From Myxococcota bacterium (GTDB lineage Bacteria > Myxococcota_A > SURF-8): a DNA stretch of 64,000 nucleotides. The notes below the pieces were generated by a model. The model was not told the DNA's origin. It ran no database searches and saw nothing but the letters and a program-made list of their open reading frames with translations. Below, in pieces: positions 28,735 through 39,900 of this stretch. The DNA is taken from NCBI GenBank assembly GCA_965140415.1, contig OZ223209.1, positions 2,176,001-2,240,000 on the forward strand. The letters run 5' to 3'. Numbering within the stretch: the stretch's first letter is position 1; every line of letters starts with the position of its first letter. The position numbers and the translations under genes were made by a program.

Positions 28735-29595
28735 ATGATCGATCTGCATGCACATACAACCGCCTCCGACGGTACCTGTACGCCAACCGAACTGGTGCAG
28801 GTCGCCCATCAGGCCGGACTTAAAGCCGTCGCCGTGACCGATCATGATACCGTAGACGGCGTAGCTGAAGCGATGGCCGAAGGCAAGCGGCTGGGCGTGG
28901 AAGTCGTTCCGGCGGTCGAGATCAGCATCGATTATAAAGGCCCGAAGGTCAACGGGCGTTCCGGCTGGATGCACTTACTGGTGTACGATCTGCAACTCGA
29001 TGGCCCGCTGGCTAGGGAATTGCGGGAATTGCAACTATGGCGCGCGCAGCGCAACGATCGTATCATCGCCAAGTTGAACGAACTCGGACTGGCCATCACG
29101 CTGGAGGATGTGCGGGCGGTTTCTGGCGGCGGGCAGATCGGGCGGCCTCACTTCGCCACGGCGATGCTGGAGAAGGGCTATATCAAAGAACGCCAGGAAG
29201 CGTTTGACAAGTACCTTGCCAAGGGTGCGCCCGCCTATGAAGACAAGCGCCGTTTGAGCATTGAAGATTCGCTCAAGAAAGCGCGTGCTGAAGGTGCGAC
29301 TCCGGTGCTTGCCCATCCTTTTTCGTTGGGGCTGGATGAAGCCGGACTAAAACAGCAGCTTTCACAATGGAAAGCCCTCGGCCTGCAAGGAGTGGAAGTC
29401 ATTTATCCCGAGCAGGATGCGGCGTTTCGCTCCGAACTGTCCCGGGTGGCCGTCGAACTGGAACTGATTCAAACCGGTGGTTCCGATTTCCATGGGGACA
29501 ACAAGCCCACAATTCAATTGGGGAGCGGTATCGACGGCAACGTTCAGGTGCCCGACGGTGTGCTGGATTCGTTGAGAATCTGTAAAGGTTTATAG
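28735..29595 (+). CDS. PHP-domain phosphoesterase (TrpH/YciV-like)
   Basis: DLHAHTTASDG, TDHDT, GRPH, LAHP and GGSDFHG. Confidence 0.92.
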   Translation: MIDLHAHTTASDGTCTPTELVQVAHQAGLKAVAVTDHDTVDGVAEAMAEGKRLGVEVVPAVEISIDYKGPKVNGRSGWMHLLVYDLQLDGPLARELRELQLWRAQRNDRIIAKLNELGLAITLEDVRAVSGGGQIGRPHFATAMLEKGYIKERQEAFDKYLAKGAPAYEDKRRLSIEDSLKKARAEGATPVLAHPFSLGLDEAGLKQQLSQWKALGLQGVEVIYPEQDAAFRSELSRVAVELELIQTGGSDFHGDNKPTIQLGSGIDGNVQVPDGVLDSLRICKGL

Positions 29596-29616
29596 CGCAC
29601 CACGAAGCTACGAAAA

Positions 29617-29659
29617 ACAAACAGCGCGATTCCTGACTGTTCGGGAACGCGCCGTTTGT
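29617..29659. terminator. Possible bidirectional terminator between convergent genes
   Basis: ACAAACAGCGCG-ATTCCTGA...TCGGGAA-CGCGCCGTTTGT imperfect hairpin. Confidence 0.4.
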
Positions 29660-29678
29660 AACTTTATGGGTTTTGCTC

Positions 29679-30602
29679 TTACCAGTTGGTGTCTTCTTCG
29701 TAGTTGAATTCGATCAGGAAATCGCCGATCAGTTCCTTGTACAGATCTTTCAGTTCCTCATCGAACTGATTTTTCCAGTCTCCAGCAATGCCTTTGCGGA
29801 AGAAGCTCTTGTCGTTTTCCTGACCCTGCTTGCGTCCGCCGCTGATGCGTTTGAAGCTGTTCTTTTCGATGATATCGTTGATGGTTTGCACCGAGCTGTC
29901 CAACTCGAAATGCTGCGCCACTTCGGTCATCACGCCCGAACCGTCGGAAAGCATCTGTTCGTATGAAATTTCCAGGCATAAATCCGGGTCTTGGTTTTCT
30001 CGCCAGGATCGCACCCAGGCGACGAAGCCCAGCAGTGTGCGCTCGGCGAATTTCTTTAGTCCTTCTTTCAGATCCAGTTTGCTGTACAGCAGGTATTCGG
30101 GATGCCAGGGGGTCTGGCGCACGTAGAAATAATGGCTGATGGCTACATCGCGCAAATCGCGGAAAAGCACCACGTGCCGGATGTTGTTGGCTTTTAGAAC
30201 GTTGACGTTCTGCATGGAGCCGTGAATGTGCATGCGGGTGCAAATCAGCGCCTTGTTGAAATGCCGGAACAGATCGTCGGGCAGGTCGTAGTCGTGGCTG
30301 CCGCCCAGCGCCAGGGCGTGAATCGACTCGCCCGGAAAAAGCACTTCCTTGAAACCCGGATAGCAAAGCAGCATTTTCTTAAGCCAGGTCGTGCCGCTTT
30401 TCGGTAATCCGGCGACGAACAGGATGTTTTGCGGATAGCGGCCCCCGTACTTTTTGTAGCCTTGTCGTGCGTCATGAAGTTGCATGAGGTAGCGCGGATA
30501 GATCGACACCTGCTTGGCCAATCGCGCTTGGGTGGGATTGAGATGTTTGCGAGTCAGTTCTTCAAGCTGCTTCGTGCCGAATTCGAACGAGGCGATGCGC
30601 AT
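29679..30602 (-). CDS. PAPS-dependent sulfotransferase
   Basis: 5'-PSB GLPKSGTTW, 3'-PB RDLRDVAIS and FFRKG..GDWKN. Confidence 0.9.
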   Translation of the reverse strand: MRIASFEFGTKQLEELTRKHLNPTQARLAKQVSIYPRYLMQLHDARQGYKKYGGRYPQNILFVAGLPKSGTTWLKKMLLCYPGFKEVLFPGESIHALALGGSHDYDLPDDLFRHFNKALICTRMHIHGSMQNVNVLKANNIRHVVLFRDLRDVAISHYFYVRQTPWHPEYLLYSKLDLKEGLKKFAERTLLGFVAWVRSWRENQDPDLCLEISYEQMLSDGSGVMTEVAQHFELDSSVQTINDIIEKNSFKRISGGRKQGQENDKSFFRKGIAGDWKNQFDEELKDLYKELIGDFLIEFNYEEDTNW

Positions 30603-30840
30603 GGGGTCACCCTCTTTCACCTAAATGTTAGTTCGAGCTTTGTGTTGACGATCCTTTTTGCGAATCGATGTTGCCCCTTTAAAAAGATAAAGCTCGGAAA
30701 ACAGGCCATTCCTACACGATACCGTGACATAGGTCAACTGAAATATCCGTATTGCAGCAAGTCGGAACGGATTAAAAACGTTGCATGAATTCGAGTTATG
30801 ACAAGCTGAAAATGTTCGGTGGGGTTGTTGGACTGTAGAT

Positions 30841-31731
30841 TTACAAAAACAGCAAAGCCACGCCGCCGACTGCCACAAAGGAGCCGATTACCGCCCGCAG
30901 GCTGACGTTCTCCTTAAAAATCAGAATGGCGGGTGGAATCATCAAGATCGGTACGATGGACATGATGGTCGCGGCGATTCCGGCTTCGGTATATTTGACG
31001 GCGGTCAAAGACATCGACACTCCCAGGAAGGGACCGAAAAAGGCACCGGCTCCCGTGCGTGTCATGGCGGGACGATCTTTCAATGCCGCCCAGACTCGCG
31101 GCCACCAGCCGATCACGGTGAACAGAACGGTGAATCCAATGATTCCGGCGATAATGCGGATTTGCGTCGCGGCGAAGGGATTGTTCTGGCCCATGCCGAC
31201 TTTACTGAAAACCAGTCCGATGGCCTGCCCTGTCGCACCGGCAAACGCCAGCAATAGACCAAGTGTCAGCGTTTTTCGGTCCATCGTTTGTCCTGCCGGT
31301 TTTCGCTCGAATACCACCCAGGCCACGCCGGAAATCGTGATGGCCATGCCGAGCAGGTCTTTGCCGGTCAGTTGCTCATCGAGCAAGATCCAGCCTGCGA
31401 TGGCGGAAATGGGTGGAACCAGACACATGACCAGCATGGAGAGCCGGGAGCCGATCAGGATGAAGGCTCTAAACAGGCTCAAGTCGCCGATTAAAAACCC
31501 GGCAACACCTGAGAGCGCCAGCCAGCCCCAGGCATGAGCGTCCAGATTCAGCGGCAGGGCATGTCCGCAGAAGAAAGTGCAGAACAGGGTCAATAATGCA
31601 AAGCCGATCCACAAGCGGATCAGGTTGACGGTTAATGAACCGATGCGCTTGCCGGCGGATTCGAAGGACATGGCGCTACCGACCCATAGAAAAGCCGTTG
31701 CCAGTGCTGCCAGTTCTCCCAGGTTCTCCAT
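30841..31731 (-). CDS. EamA/DMT family transporter
   Basis: About 10 TM helices in two EamA repeats. Confidence 0.9.
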   Translation of the reverse strand: MENLGELAALATAFLWVGSAMSFESAGKRIGSLTVNLIRLWIGFALLTLFCTFFCGHALPLNLDAHAWGWLALSGVAGFLIGDLSLFRAFILIGSRLSMLVMCLVPPISAIAGWILLDEQLTGKDLLGMAITISGVAWVVFERKPAGQTMDRKTLTLGLLLAFAGATGQAIGLVFSKVGMGQNNPFAATQIRIIAGIIGFTVLFTVIGWWPRVWAALKDRPAMTRTGAGAFFGPFLGVSMSLTAVKYTEAGIAATIMSIVPILMIPPAILIFKENVSLRAVIGSFVAVGGVALLFL

Positions 31732-31972
31732 AATTGTTTGCTCCACTATGAATAGACGTCTTACACGGCCGGCTTTGAGCCTTCACCGGTTATCGAAGGG
31801 AGAGTGTACGCCGGTTTTTTAGAAAGGCAAACGCTTCTATTTCGTTTTTAGGATTTCCAAGGCGGAAAATTCGGATTGATGCCTGGTTCGCGTGTTTGGA
31901 GTTATCTATGAAACTGTGCTATGCTTATATTCGGATGGATTGGATTTGTTTGTAGATGAAAAGGAGAGACGC

Positions 31973-33040
31973 GTGAGCGCAAGAGAACGCCAGGATATCC
32001 CGGTCTTGACGCCTAGCGATATCTACGATCGCCTCGACCGTTTCGTAATCGGTCAAAGGCAGGCCAAGCGGGTCGTGGCGCTGGCGGCGTATAACCATAT
32101 GAAGCGGGTGGGGCAGACGCAGCAGTTGGGACGACCCAAGCTGAGAAAGTCCAACGTGCTGTTAATCGGACCGACCGGCGTTGGAAAGACCCATATCGCT
32201 CGCAATCTGGCGAACATCTTGAATCTCCCATTTACCATCTGCGACGCAACGGAATTTACCGAAGCCGGTTACTATGGAAAAGATGTCGAAGTGATGGTTT
32301 CCGAGCTGCTGTTCGCGGCGGATATGAACGTCGAAGCCTGTCAGCGCGGCATCATTTTCGTGGATGAAATCGATAAAATCGCCCGGCGTTCCGGCGGCAT
32401 GCGAACCGGGGCGGGAAATCGCGATATCGGCGGGGAAGGCGTTCAGCAGGGGTTGCTCAAGTTGTTGGAAGGACGCAGGATTTTCGTTCCTTACAACCTG
32501 ACGCAGCATTGGAACAAGCACGATTTCGTTGAAATCGATACAACCAATATCCTGTTTATCTGTGCAGGCACCTTTACCGATATTCGCAATTACCAGGAAT
32601 CCGGCAACCTTGGATTTTCTGAATCCAAAGCGGGTCGATCGCGCATTCAAAAGCGGATCTCTCAGAAAAAGTTGCTGGAATATGGCATGCTTACGGAATT
32701 ATTGGGCCGTATTCCGGTTGTGGTGCAACTGGCGGATTTGTCGGTCGAGGAACTCAAGCGCATTCTCGTGGAACCGCAGGACTCGTTTCTTAAGGAATTC
32801 CAGGAGCTTCTGACCACGGATGATGTCACTTTGAACTTAACCGATGGCGCTTTGACGAGGATTGCGGAATTTGCCTATGAACGGCAGATCGGCGCACGCG
32901 GTTTGCGCAGTATCCTGGAAGAACTGCTGCATGACATTCTGTTCGATGCTCCCAATTTGCGCGGCCAGACGATTCGATTGGATGCACGAGTCGTTTCAAA
33001 ACGACTCGCCGCCTTCGACAGTTCCCTGCTTGATGAGTAG
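31973..33040 (+). CDS. ClpX-like AAA+ ATPase lacking the N-terminal zinc-binding domain
   Basis: AAGGAG RBS and GTG start. VIGQ..AK, KSNVLLIGPTGVGKT, FVDEIDK, GEGVQQ.LLK, LGF loop and GARGLRSI. Confidence 0.88.
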   Translation: MSARERQDIPVLTPSDIYDRLDRFVIGQRQAKRVVALAAYNHMKRVGQTQQLGRPKLRKSNVLLIGPTGVGKTHIARNLANILNLPFTICDATEFTEAGYYGKDVEVMVSELLFAADMNVEACQRGIIFVDEIDKIARRSGGMRTGAGNRDIGGEGVQQGLLKLLEGRRIFVPYNLTQHWNKHDFVEIDTTNILFICAGTFTDIRNYQESGNLGFSESKAGRSRIQKRISQKKLLEYGMLTELLGRIPVVVQLADLSVEELKRILVEPQDSFLKEFQELLTTDDVTLNLTDGALTRIAEFAYERQIGARGLRSILEELLHDILFDAPNLRGQTIRLDARVVSKRLAAFDSSLLDE

Positions 33041-33268
33041 GTAGCCAAAGAGCCTGCTTGGAATTGCCTCCACCGGTGAATCTCCAGTAAAACAGCCTTC
33101 CTTCAGGTAAATCGGCAAAGAGGCCGGAACAAAAAAACTACATGGATTTAACGCGAATCCCTGTTGACCCCCTCATTCCTTTCTGCTAGGTTGACCGACG
33201 GTACGGGGAACGAATCTCTTGCTCCCTTTGTGTGCTTCTTTAATGTGTCTTCGTCACGTGTAAATTCC

Positions 33269-33883
33269 ATGGAAACGAATGCAATGCGACTTGCTCTCTT
33301 TCGTTGTTTCTTTGCCGTGTTTTCCATCCTGCTGTTGACAAGTGTATCCGATTTACACGCTCAGCAAGCTACGGATTCCGATCTCGATTCGCTTTCCGAC
33401 CTACAACGGCGTGTACTCGTTATGCTTTCCGGCTATGAAACCTTTCCCAATGCCGAACAATGGCAGGCTCTGGAGCCGGAAGCAGCGGATGAGTTGATGA
33501 CGATTGCAACGGATGTGAAACAGTGGCCGCTCCGGCGGGCTCGTGCCGTGCTGGCTCTGGCCTATTTCCCAACGAAACCCGTTCTGCAATTCTTAAGCGA
33601 CCTGTTCACGCGGGAAGATCCGATCGCTCCCATGTTGCGGCGTAAAGCGATTCAGGCGCTGGCGACGGGATTCCCGAAAGAAGCGGTGAGTGTAATTAAA
33701 CCGAATTTGCAAAGCACCGACTTTTATCTGCGTGAAGTCACGATTGATGCCTTACTTCAAATTCGCAGTCCGCAAGCCATGGGGGTGCTCAAGCAGCATA
33801 GGCAAGTGGAAAGCAATGAACTGATCCTGGAGAAAATCAACCGGGCGTTTGCTCGAGAAGTTACGATTGATCCAAAACCATAA
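33269..33883 (+). CDS. Exported HEAT-repeat protein
   Basis: Signal peptide (LHA-QQ), then HEAT-like helices (LRRARAVLALA, LRRKAIQALA, LREVTIDAL). Confidence 0.7.
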   Translation: METNAMRLALFRCFFAVFSILLLTSVSDLHAQQATDSDLDSLSDLQRRVLVMLSGYETFPNAEQWQALEPEAADELMTIATDVKQWPLRRARAVLALAYFPTKPVLQFLSDLFTREDPIAPMLRRKAIQALATGFPKEAVSVIKPNLQSTDFYLREVTIDALLQIRSPQAMGVLKQHRQVESNELILEKINRAFAREVTIDPKP

Positions 33884-33924
33884 CAACACGTTTTAACTAC
33901 CTGATTGAGTGAAGGAGACCGAAA

Positions 33925-36900
33925 ATGAATGGTCCAAAATCAAATTGGCGGATTTTTGTCGTGATAATGGCAATCATGATGCTGTTTGTCGCGATGGGAT
34001 GCGGTGCAACCGGTGATACCGATACCGATCCGGATGGCGACGACGAAAGCTCCAATGAATCCGCAGGGGACGATGATACTCCATACGTTCCTCCTGCAAG
34101 CGGTTTGACCGTCAAGGATCTTCAAAATGAAGAAAGTGTGAACCATCCGTTCCCGGGAACCACGGTCACTCTTAATAATGTAGTTGCCACCAGCTTGAAG
34201 GTGGTCATCAGCAGCAATTCCAACCTTCGCGGTTTCTTTATTGCCGATCAAGGTGGTGGGGAGTACAGCGGTATCATAGCTGTCATGAAGAGCGATATCG
34301 ATTTCGACCCGGAAGTCGGCGACCTGCTGACCATTACCGGTACCTACGTCGAATATTGCGGTGATCCGGCGAACCCGGAAGACGTCTGCTCGTCTCAGAT
34401 CGAATTGACGGCGGTTCCTGTGGTAACCGGCGCGGGTGCCGCTCCTGCCGCGCAGGTGATCGCGAATCCGGCGGATGTGGCGACTGCCGGTTCGTTGCGG
34501 GCGCGCTGGGAACATGCATTGGTAAAAGTCGAGAATGTAACCGTTACCGATTCGGATATCGGTTACGGCGAATTCATGGTCACCGGCGATTTGCAGGTCG
34601 GCGATTTGTTCCTCCAGCAGGATGATCTTTCCTTTAGCGTGGTGCAGGACCAGGAGTTGGATTCGATTTCCGGCTTCCTGTATCTGTCTTATGGCGCCAG
34701 CAAGCTCGAACCGCGCAACCTGGAAGATGTAGTCGCAAAGTCTGCTCCGACCGATTTGACGATTGCGGACATTCAGAATCCGGCTTCCGTGAATCATCCC
34801 AGCCCCGGACCGGTTGAAGTGAAGGGCATTGTGGTTGCTTCGGAACCCTTCGAAGTGTCCAGCAGCGGCTTGATGGGCATTTTCGTGTCCGATCAGGGTG
34901 GCGGCGCCTGGAGCGGTTGCATGTTGACCTGGAAGCCGACCAGCGCGGATGAAACCTACGGCTACGATCCGCCTGCGATGGCTCCCGGCATGGTGATCGA
35001 TGTGGCAGGTAACTACACGGAGTTCTGTGGTGTCTCGGATCCGCTCTACACGCATTGCTCCACCCAGATCGAGTTGACCCCGTATCAGGCGGACAAAGGC
35101 ACGGTGACCGACACCGGCAACACTGCCGATGTTCCCGCGGCTGCCGTCGTTTCTCCGGCGGATATCGCCACGGACGGTTCGCTGTCCGAACAGTATCAGC
35201 ATTCGCTGGTGCGCGTGCTCAACGTTACGGTTGTTGACAATGCTTTGGGATATGGCATGTTCTCCGTTGATGGCGGCCTGGAGGTGGACGATCAGTTCTA
35301 CCGCTACACCGTGCCGCAAATCGGAGTGCAGTACGGAAGCCTGACCGGTTTCCTGTATACGAGCTACGACTCGTTCAAGCTTTGTCCGCGTAACGCCGAT
35401 GACATGGACGAAGGCCCGGTGGATGGTGACGTGGATGGCGACGTGGTCGATGGTGACTGGGATTACGTCGATGGCGACGGTCCGCACGAGTTGCAGATTC
35501 GCGACATCCAGAATATGAACAGCCCCTATCATCCCTCGTTGGGACCGGTGGCGGTAAACAATGTCGTGGTGACTTCCGATCCGTTTGAGGTCTCCAGCAG
35601 TGGCTTGATGGGCATTTTCGTGGCCGATCAGGGCGGTGGTGCATACACCGGTTGTATGCTGACCTGGAAGCCGACTTCCGTTGATGCGACTTACGGTTAC
35701 GATCCGCCCGTGATGAGCCCGGGCATGATTATCAATGTGACCGGGGCTTATACCGAATTCTGCGGTACGGGTACCCCTTACACCTATTGTTCCACCCAGA
35801 TTGAATTGACGCCCTATCAAATGGATAAAGGCACGGTGACCGATACCGGTGAGACCACGGACGTTCCGGAAGCTCGTCTGGTAGAGCCGGGAGATGTGAA
35901 GACCGGCGGTTCCGACAGTGACAAATGGCAGCACAGCCTGGTTTACGTACAGAATGTAACCGTTCTGGATGCCTCTCTTGGCTACGGCATGTTCTCCGTC
36001 GATGATGGTCTTGAGGTGGATGATCAGTTGTATCGCTACACCTTGCCCGCCGTTGGCGTTGAATATGGTATCTTGAGGGGATTCTTGTACACGAGCTACG
36101 ACACGTTCAAACTCTGCCCGCGCAGCGTCGATGACATGCAGGTTGGATTCATCGATGGCGATATCGATGGCGACGTGGATGGTGATGTGGTTGACGGCGA
36201 TGTCGTTGATGGTGACGTGATCGACGGTGACGTGGTTGACGGCGATGTGGTTGATGGCGATGTGGCCGATGGCGATGTGGACCCGAACCTGACTACCTTG
36301 GCCGCGATTCAGAATCCGAATCATCCCAATCACCCGGCTCTGGGTCCGGTGGCGGTAAACAATATCGTGGTGACTTCCGATCCGTTTGAGGTCTCCAGCA
36401 GCGGTCTGATGGGAATTATTATCAGTGAAGGCGAGGGCGGTCCCTGGCAGAATTGTATGCTGACCTGGAAGCCGACTTCCGTTGATGCGACCTACGGTTA
36501 CGATCCGCCCGCAATGAGTCCGGGCATGGTGATCGATGTCACCGGTTCGTATGCCGAGTTCTGCGGTACGGGTACGCCTTACACCTATTGCTCTACCCAG
36601 ATCGAGTTGACCCCGTATCAGGCGGATAAAGGCACAGTGACCGATACCGGCAGCACCGCCTCCGTTCCGGCTGCCATTTCCGTATCGACCGGTGATGTCA
36701 AAACCGGTGGAACGCTTGCCGAACAGTGGCAGCATGCTTTGATCACGGTTTCCGATGTCTTCGTAACGGACAACAGCGTGGGTTACGGTCAGTTTCTCGT
36801 CACGGACAATCTGGTCAGTGATGCGCTGATGGTGGATGACCAGCTCTACTATTACACGCTGCCGGAAGTGGAAGACTATTACGATTCACTGACGGGCTTT

Positions 36901-39900
36901 TTGTATACCAGCTACAACGATTTCAAACTGATTCCCCGCAATGCCGCAGATATGGTCGAATTCACGCCCGATGGTGATGGTGTGGATGGCGATGTCGTAG
37001 ATGGCGATGTGGTAGACGGCGACGTGGTGGACGGCGACGTGGTGGACGGCGATGTGGTGGACGGCGATGTCGTAACCTATCCGGCTCCGGGAGTGGGCGA
37101 GGTCATCTTTACTGAATTCATGGCGAATCCGGCAGTGTTGGCCGACAGCAACGCCGAATGGATTGAACTCGTTAACTTGACCTCCAATACCTTTGGCCTG
37201 GGCGGGATGTATCTGTGTGACAGCTACGATCCCAACTGCGATGTTTTGCCGGATTCCCTGGTCATCGAACCGAATGGCCGCCTGCTGTTTGTCAAGAGCG
37301 ACAACTCGGCGTTCAACGGCGGTTTGCAGTCTGATTTCAACTTCGGTTTCGATCTCAATAACACGGGTGATGTATTGCGCTTGTATGTGGGCGATTCCGT
37401 GACCGGCACCCTGATCGACAGTGTCGATTTCACCGGTTGGACGGTTTCAAGCGGTGTGGCGAATCAACTCGATCCGTCTGCTTTCAATGCGACAGACAAT
37501 GACGATCAAGGCAATTGGTGCGCGGCGACGAGCCAATATGAAGGCACCGGTCCCAACCTGGGTACGCCCAACGGAGACAACCTCGATTGTGATGCGGTTG
37601 ATGGTGATGTAATCGATGGTGATGTAATCGATGGTGATGTAATCGATGGTGACATGATCGACGGTGACATGATCGACGGTGACATGATCGATGGTGACAT
37701 GGTGGATGGCGATGTGGCGGACTGTTACGGCTATGGCGACTGTAACTCGGCTTGCATCGGTGCAGGTTACGATTCCGGTATGTGCGTGGATGCCATCCAG
37801 GGTTGCGCCTGCAACTACGATAGCTGCTCCGGCTACGTCTGTGGCGACTACTACGACAACTGTTCCTGTGCGGCAGCGGATCCCTGCTCCTGGCAGGGGG
37901 ATGACTACTGCGACGATTACTGTGCTGTTGTGTACCCGGACGATCACTTCGACGACAGCGCCGATTGCTCGGTGGATGGCGATATTGACGGTGATGTCGA
38001 TGGCGACGTGGTGGACTGCTACGGCTATGGTGATTGCAACTCGGCTTGCATCGGCGCTGGTTACGATTCCGGTATGTGCGTGGACGCCATCCAGGGTTGC
38101 GCCTGCAACTACGATAGCTGCTCCGGCTACGTCTGTGGCGACTACTACGACAACTGTTCCTGTGCGGCAGCGGATCCCTGCTCCTGGCAGGGGGATGACT
38201 ACTGCGACGATTACTGTGCTGTTGTGTACCCGGACGATCATTTCGACGATACCGCCGATTGTTCGGTGGATGGCGATGTCGACGGTGATACGGTGGATGG
38301 CGACACGACGACCTATCCTCTGCCTGGTGTCGGCGATGTGATCTTTACCGAATTCCATCCCAATCCGAATACCTTGTCCGATAACAATGCGGAATTCGTG
38401 GAAGTGCTCAACCTGTCCGGCGATTGGCTTTCTCTGGGAGGTTTGAACCTGTGTGATAGCTATGACGGCAACTGTGCTCCGCTGCCTTCCGATCTGAACA
38501 TCGGTCCCAATGCACGCCTGCTCTTTGCTCGCAGTAGTGATACGGGATTGAATGGTGGTTTGACCGTCGATGCCGTTTTTGACTTCGGCATGAACAATGA
38601 TGGCGACCAGCTTCGCCTGATCGACGGCGATCCCACGACCGGCACCGTGATCGACAGTGTGGATTTCGATGCATGGTGGATTACCGCCGGAGCGGCCTGG
38701 CAGCTGGATCCGTCCGCTTACGATGCAACGATGAACGACGACGAAGCCAACTGGTGTCTGGCCACCAACGAATACGAAGCGACCGGACCTAATTATGGTA
38801 CGCCGGGCGTGGAAAACGACGATTGCCCGGTCATCGATGGTGATGTGGTTGACGGCGACATCGTTCCGACTTTGGTGACGATATACGAAATCCAGAATCC
38901 CGATGACGCCGGTCATCCCAGTGAAGGACCGGTCGCCGTAAATGGTCTGGTTATTACTTCCGATTCCTTTGTGATTTCCTCCAGCAGTGGGCTGACAGGC
39001 GTTTTCGCCAGCGAAACTGCCGGTGGTCCCTGGTCCGGCATCCTGCTGGTCTGGACACCGACTGCCAGTGACGCCAACGGCTACGATCCGCCAGCCATGG
39101 GTAAAGGCGATTCTGTCAATGTCGTTGGTGACTACGTGGAATATTGCGGTGGTTCCGGTACGTATACCTCCTGCTCGACGCAGATCGAATTGACGGCGCT
39201 GGTCAATACCGGTATGTCTTCGCCCGTTCCCGTTGCGACAACAGTGGATGCCGCCGATATCGCGACGGGTGGCTCCATGGCCGAGCAGTATCAGTTCATG
39301 CTGGTACAGGTTGAAAATGTGGAAGTTACCGATAACGGTCTGGGTTATGGGGAATTTACCGTAACCGGCGGTTTGCGCGTAGACGATTCTCTCTATAGTT
39401 ATACACTGCCTGCCAATGGCGTGAATTATGATACGTTGGCCGGTTATCTGTACACCAGCTACAACGATTTCAAACTGCTGCCGCGTGACGCCAATGATAT
39501 GGTAGAAACGCTGGTGGATGGTGATACGGTCGACGGCGACATGGTCGATGGTGATGCGGTGGATGGCGATATTGAGCCTTCCGAAGTGGTGATTAACGAA
39601 CTGTATTACGATTCGGATGAAACCTCGGATAACGCCAATGTGTTTATCGAACTGTATGGCATCGGCGATCTGTCACTTTCCGGTTATTCCATCGTGGCGA
39701 TCAACGGCTCCAACGGCGATGAATATTCCACCACGGATCTAACCGGGCAGAGCATCCCGGCGGATGGTTTCTTCGTGCTGGCGGATTCGGATAGCGGTGT
39801 GACCAATGTCGCCAATGCCGATATGGTTAGCGACAGCGTGGATTACCAGAACGGAGCCGACACCGTGCAGTTGCGTTACAACGGCACCACGGTCGATGCG

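Noticed and set aside
36154-37713. Short tandem repeats as a possible CRISPR array
   Set aside because: In-frame 15-bp coding repeats without unique spacers, and no cas genes.
37720-38277. Duplicated unit as a DGR template/variable repeat pair
   Set aside because: Both copies are in frame in one gene, differences are mostly synonymous and not adenine-specific, and no reverse transcriptase is present.
33940-38916. 931-aa and 489-aa minus-strand ORFs with VAIH/ITID repeats
   Set aside because: Mirror frames of the giant lipoprotein and its DGD repeats.
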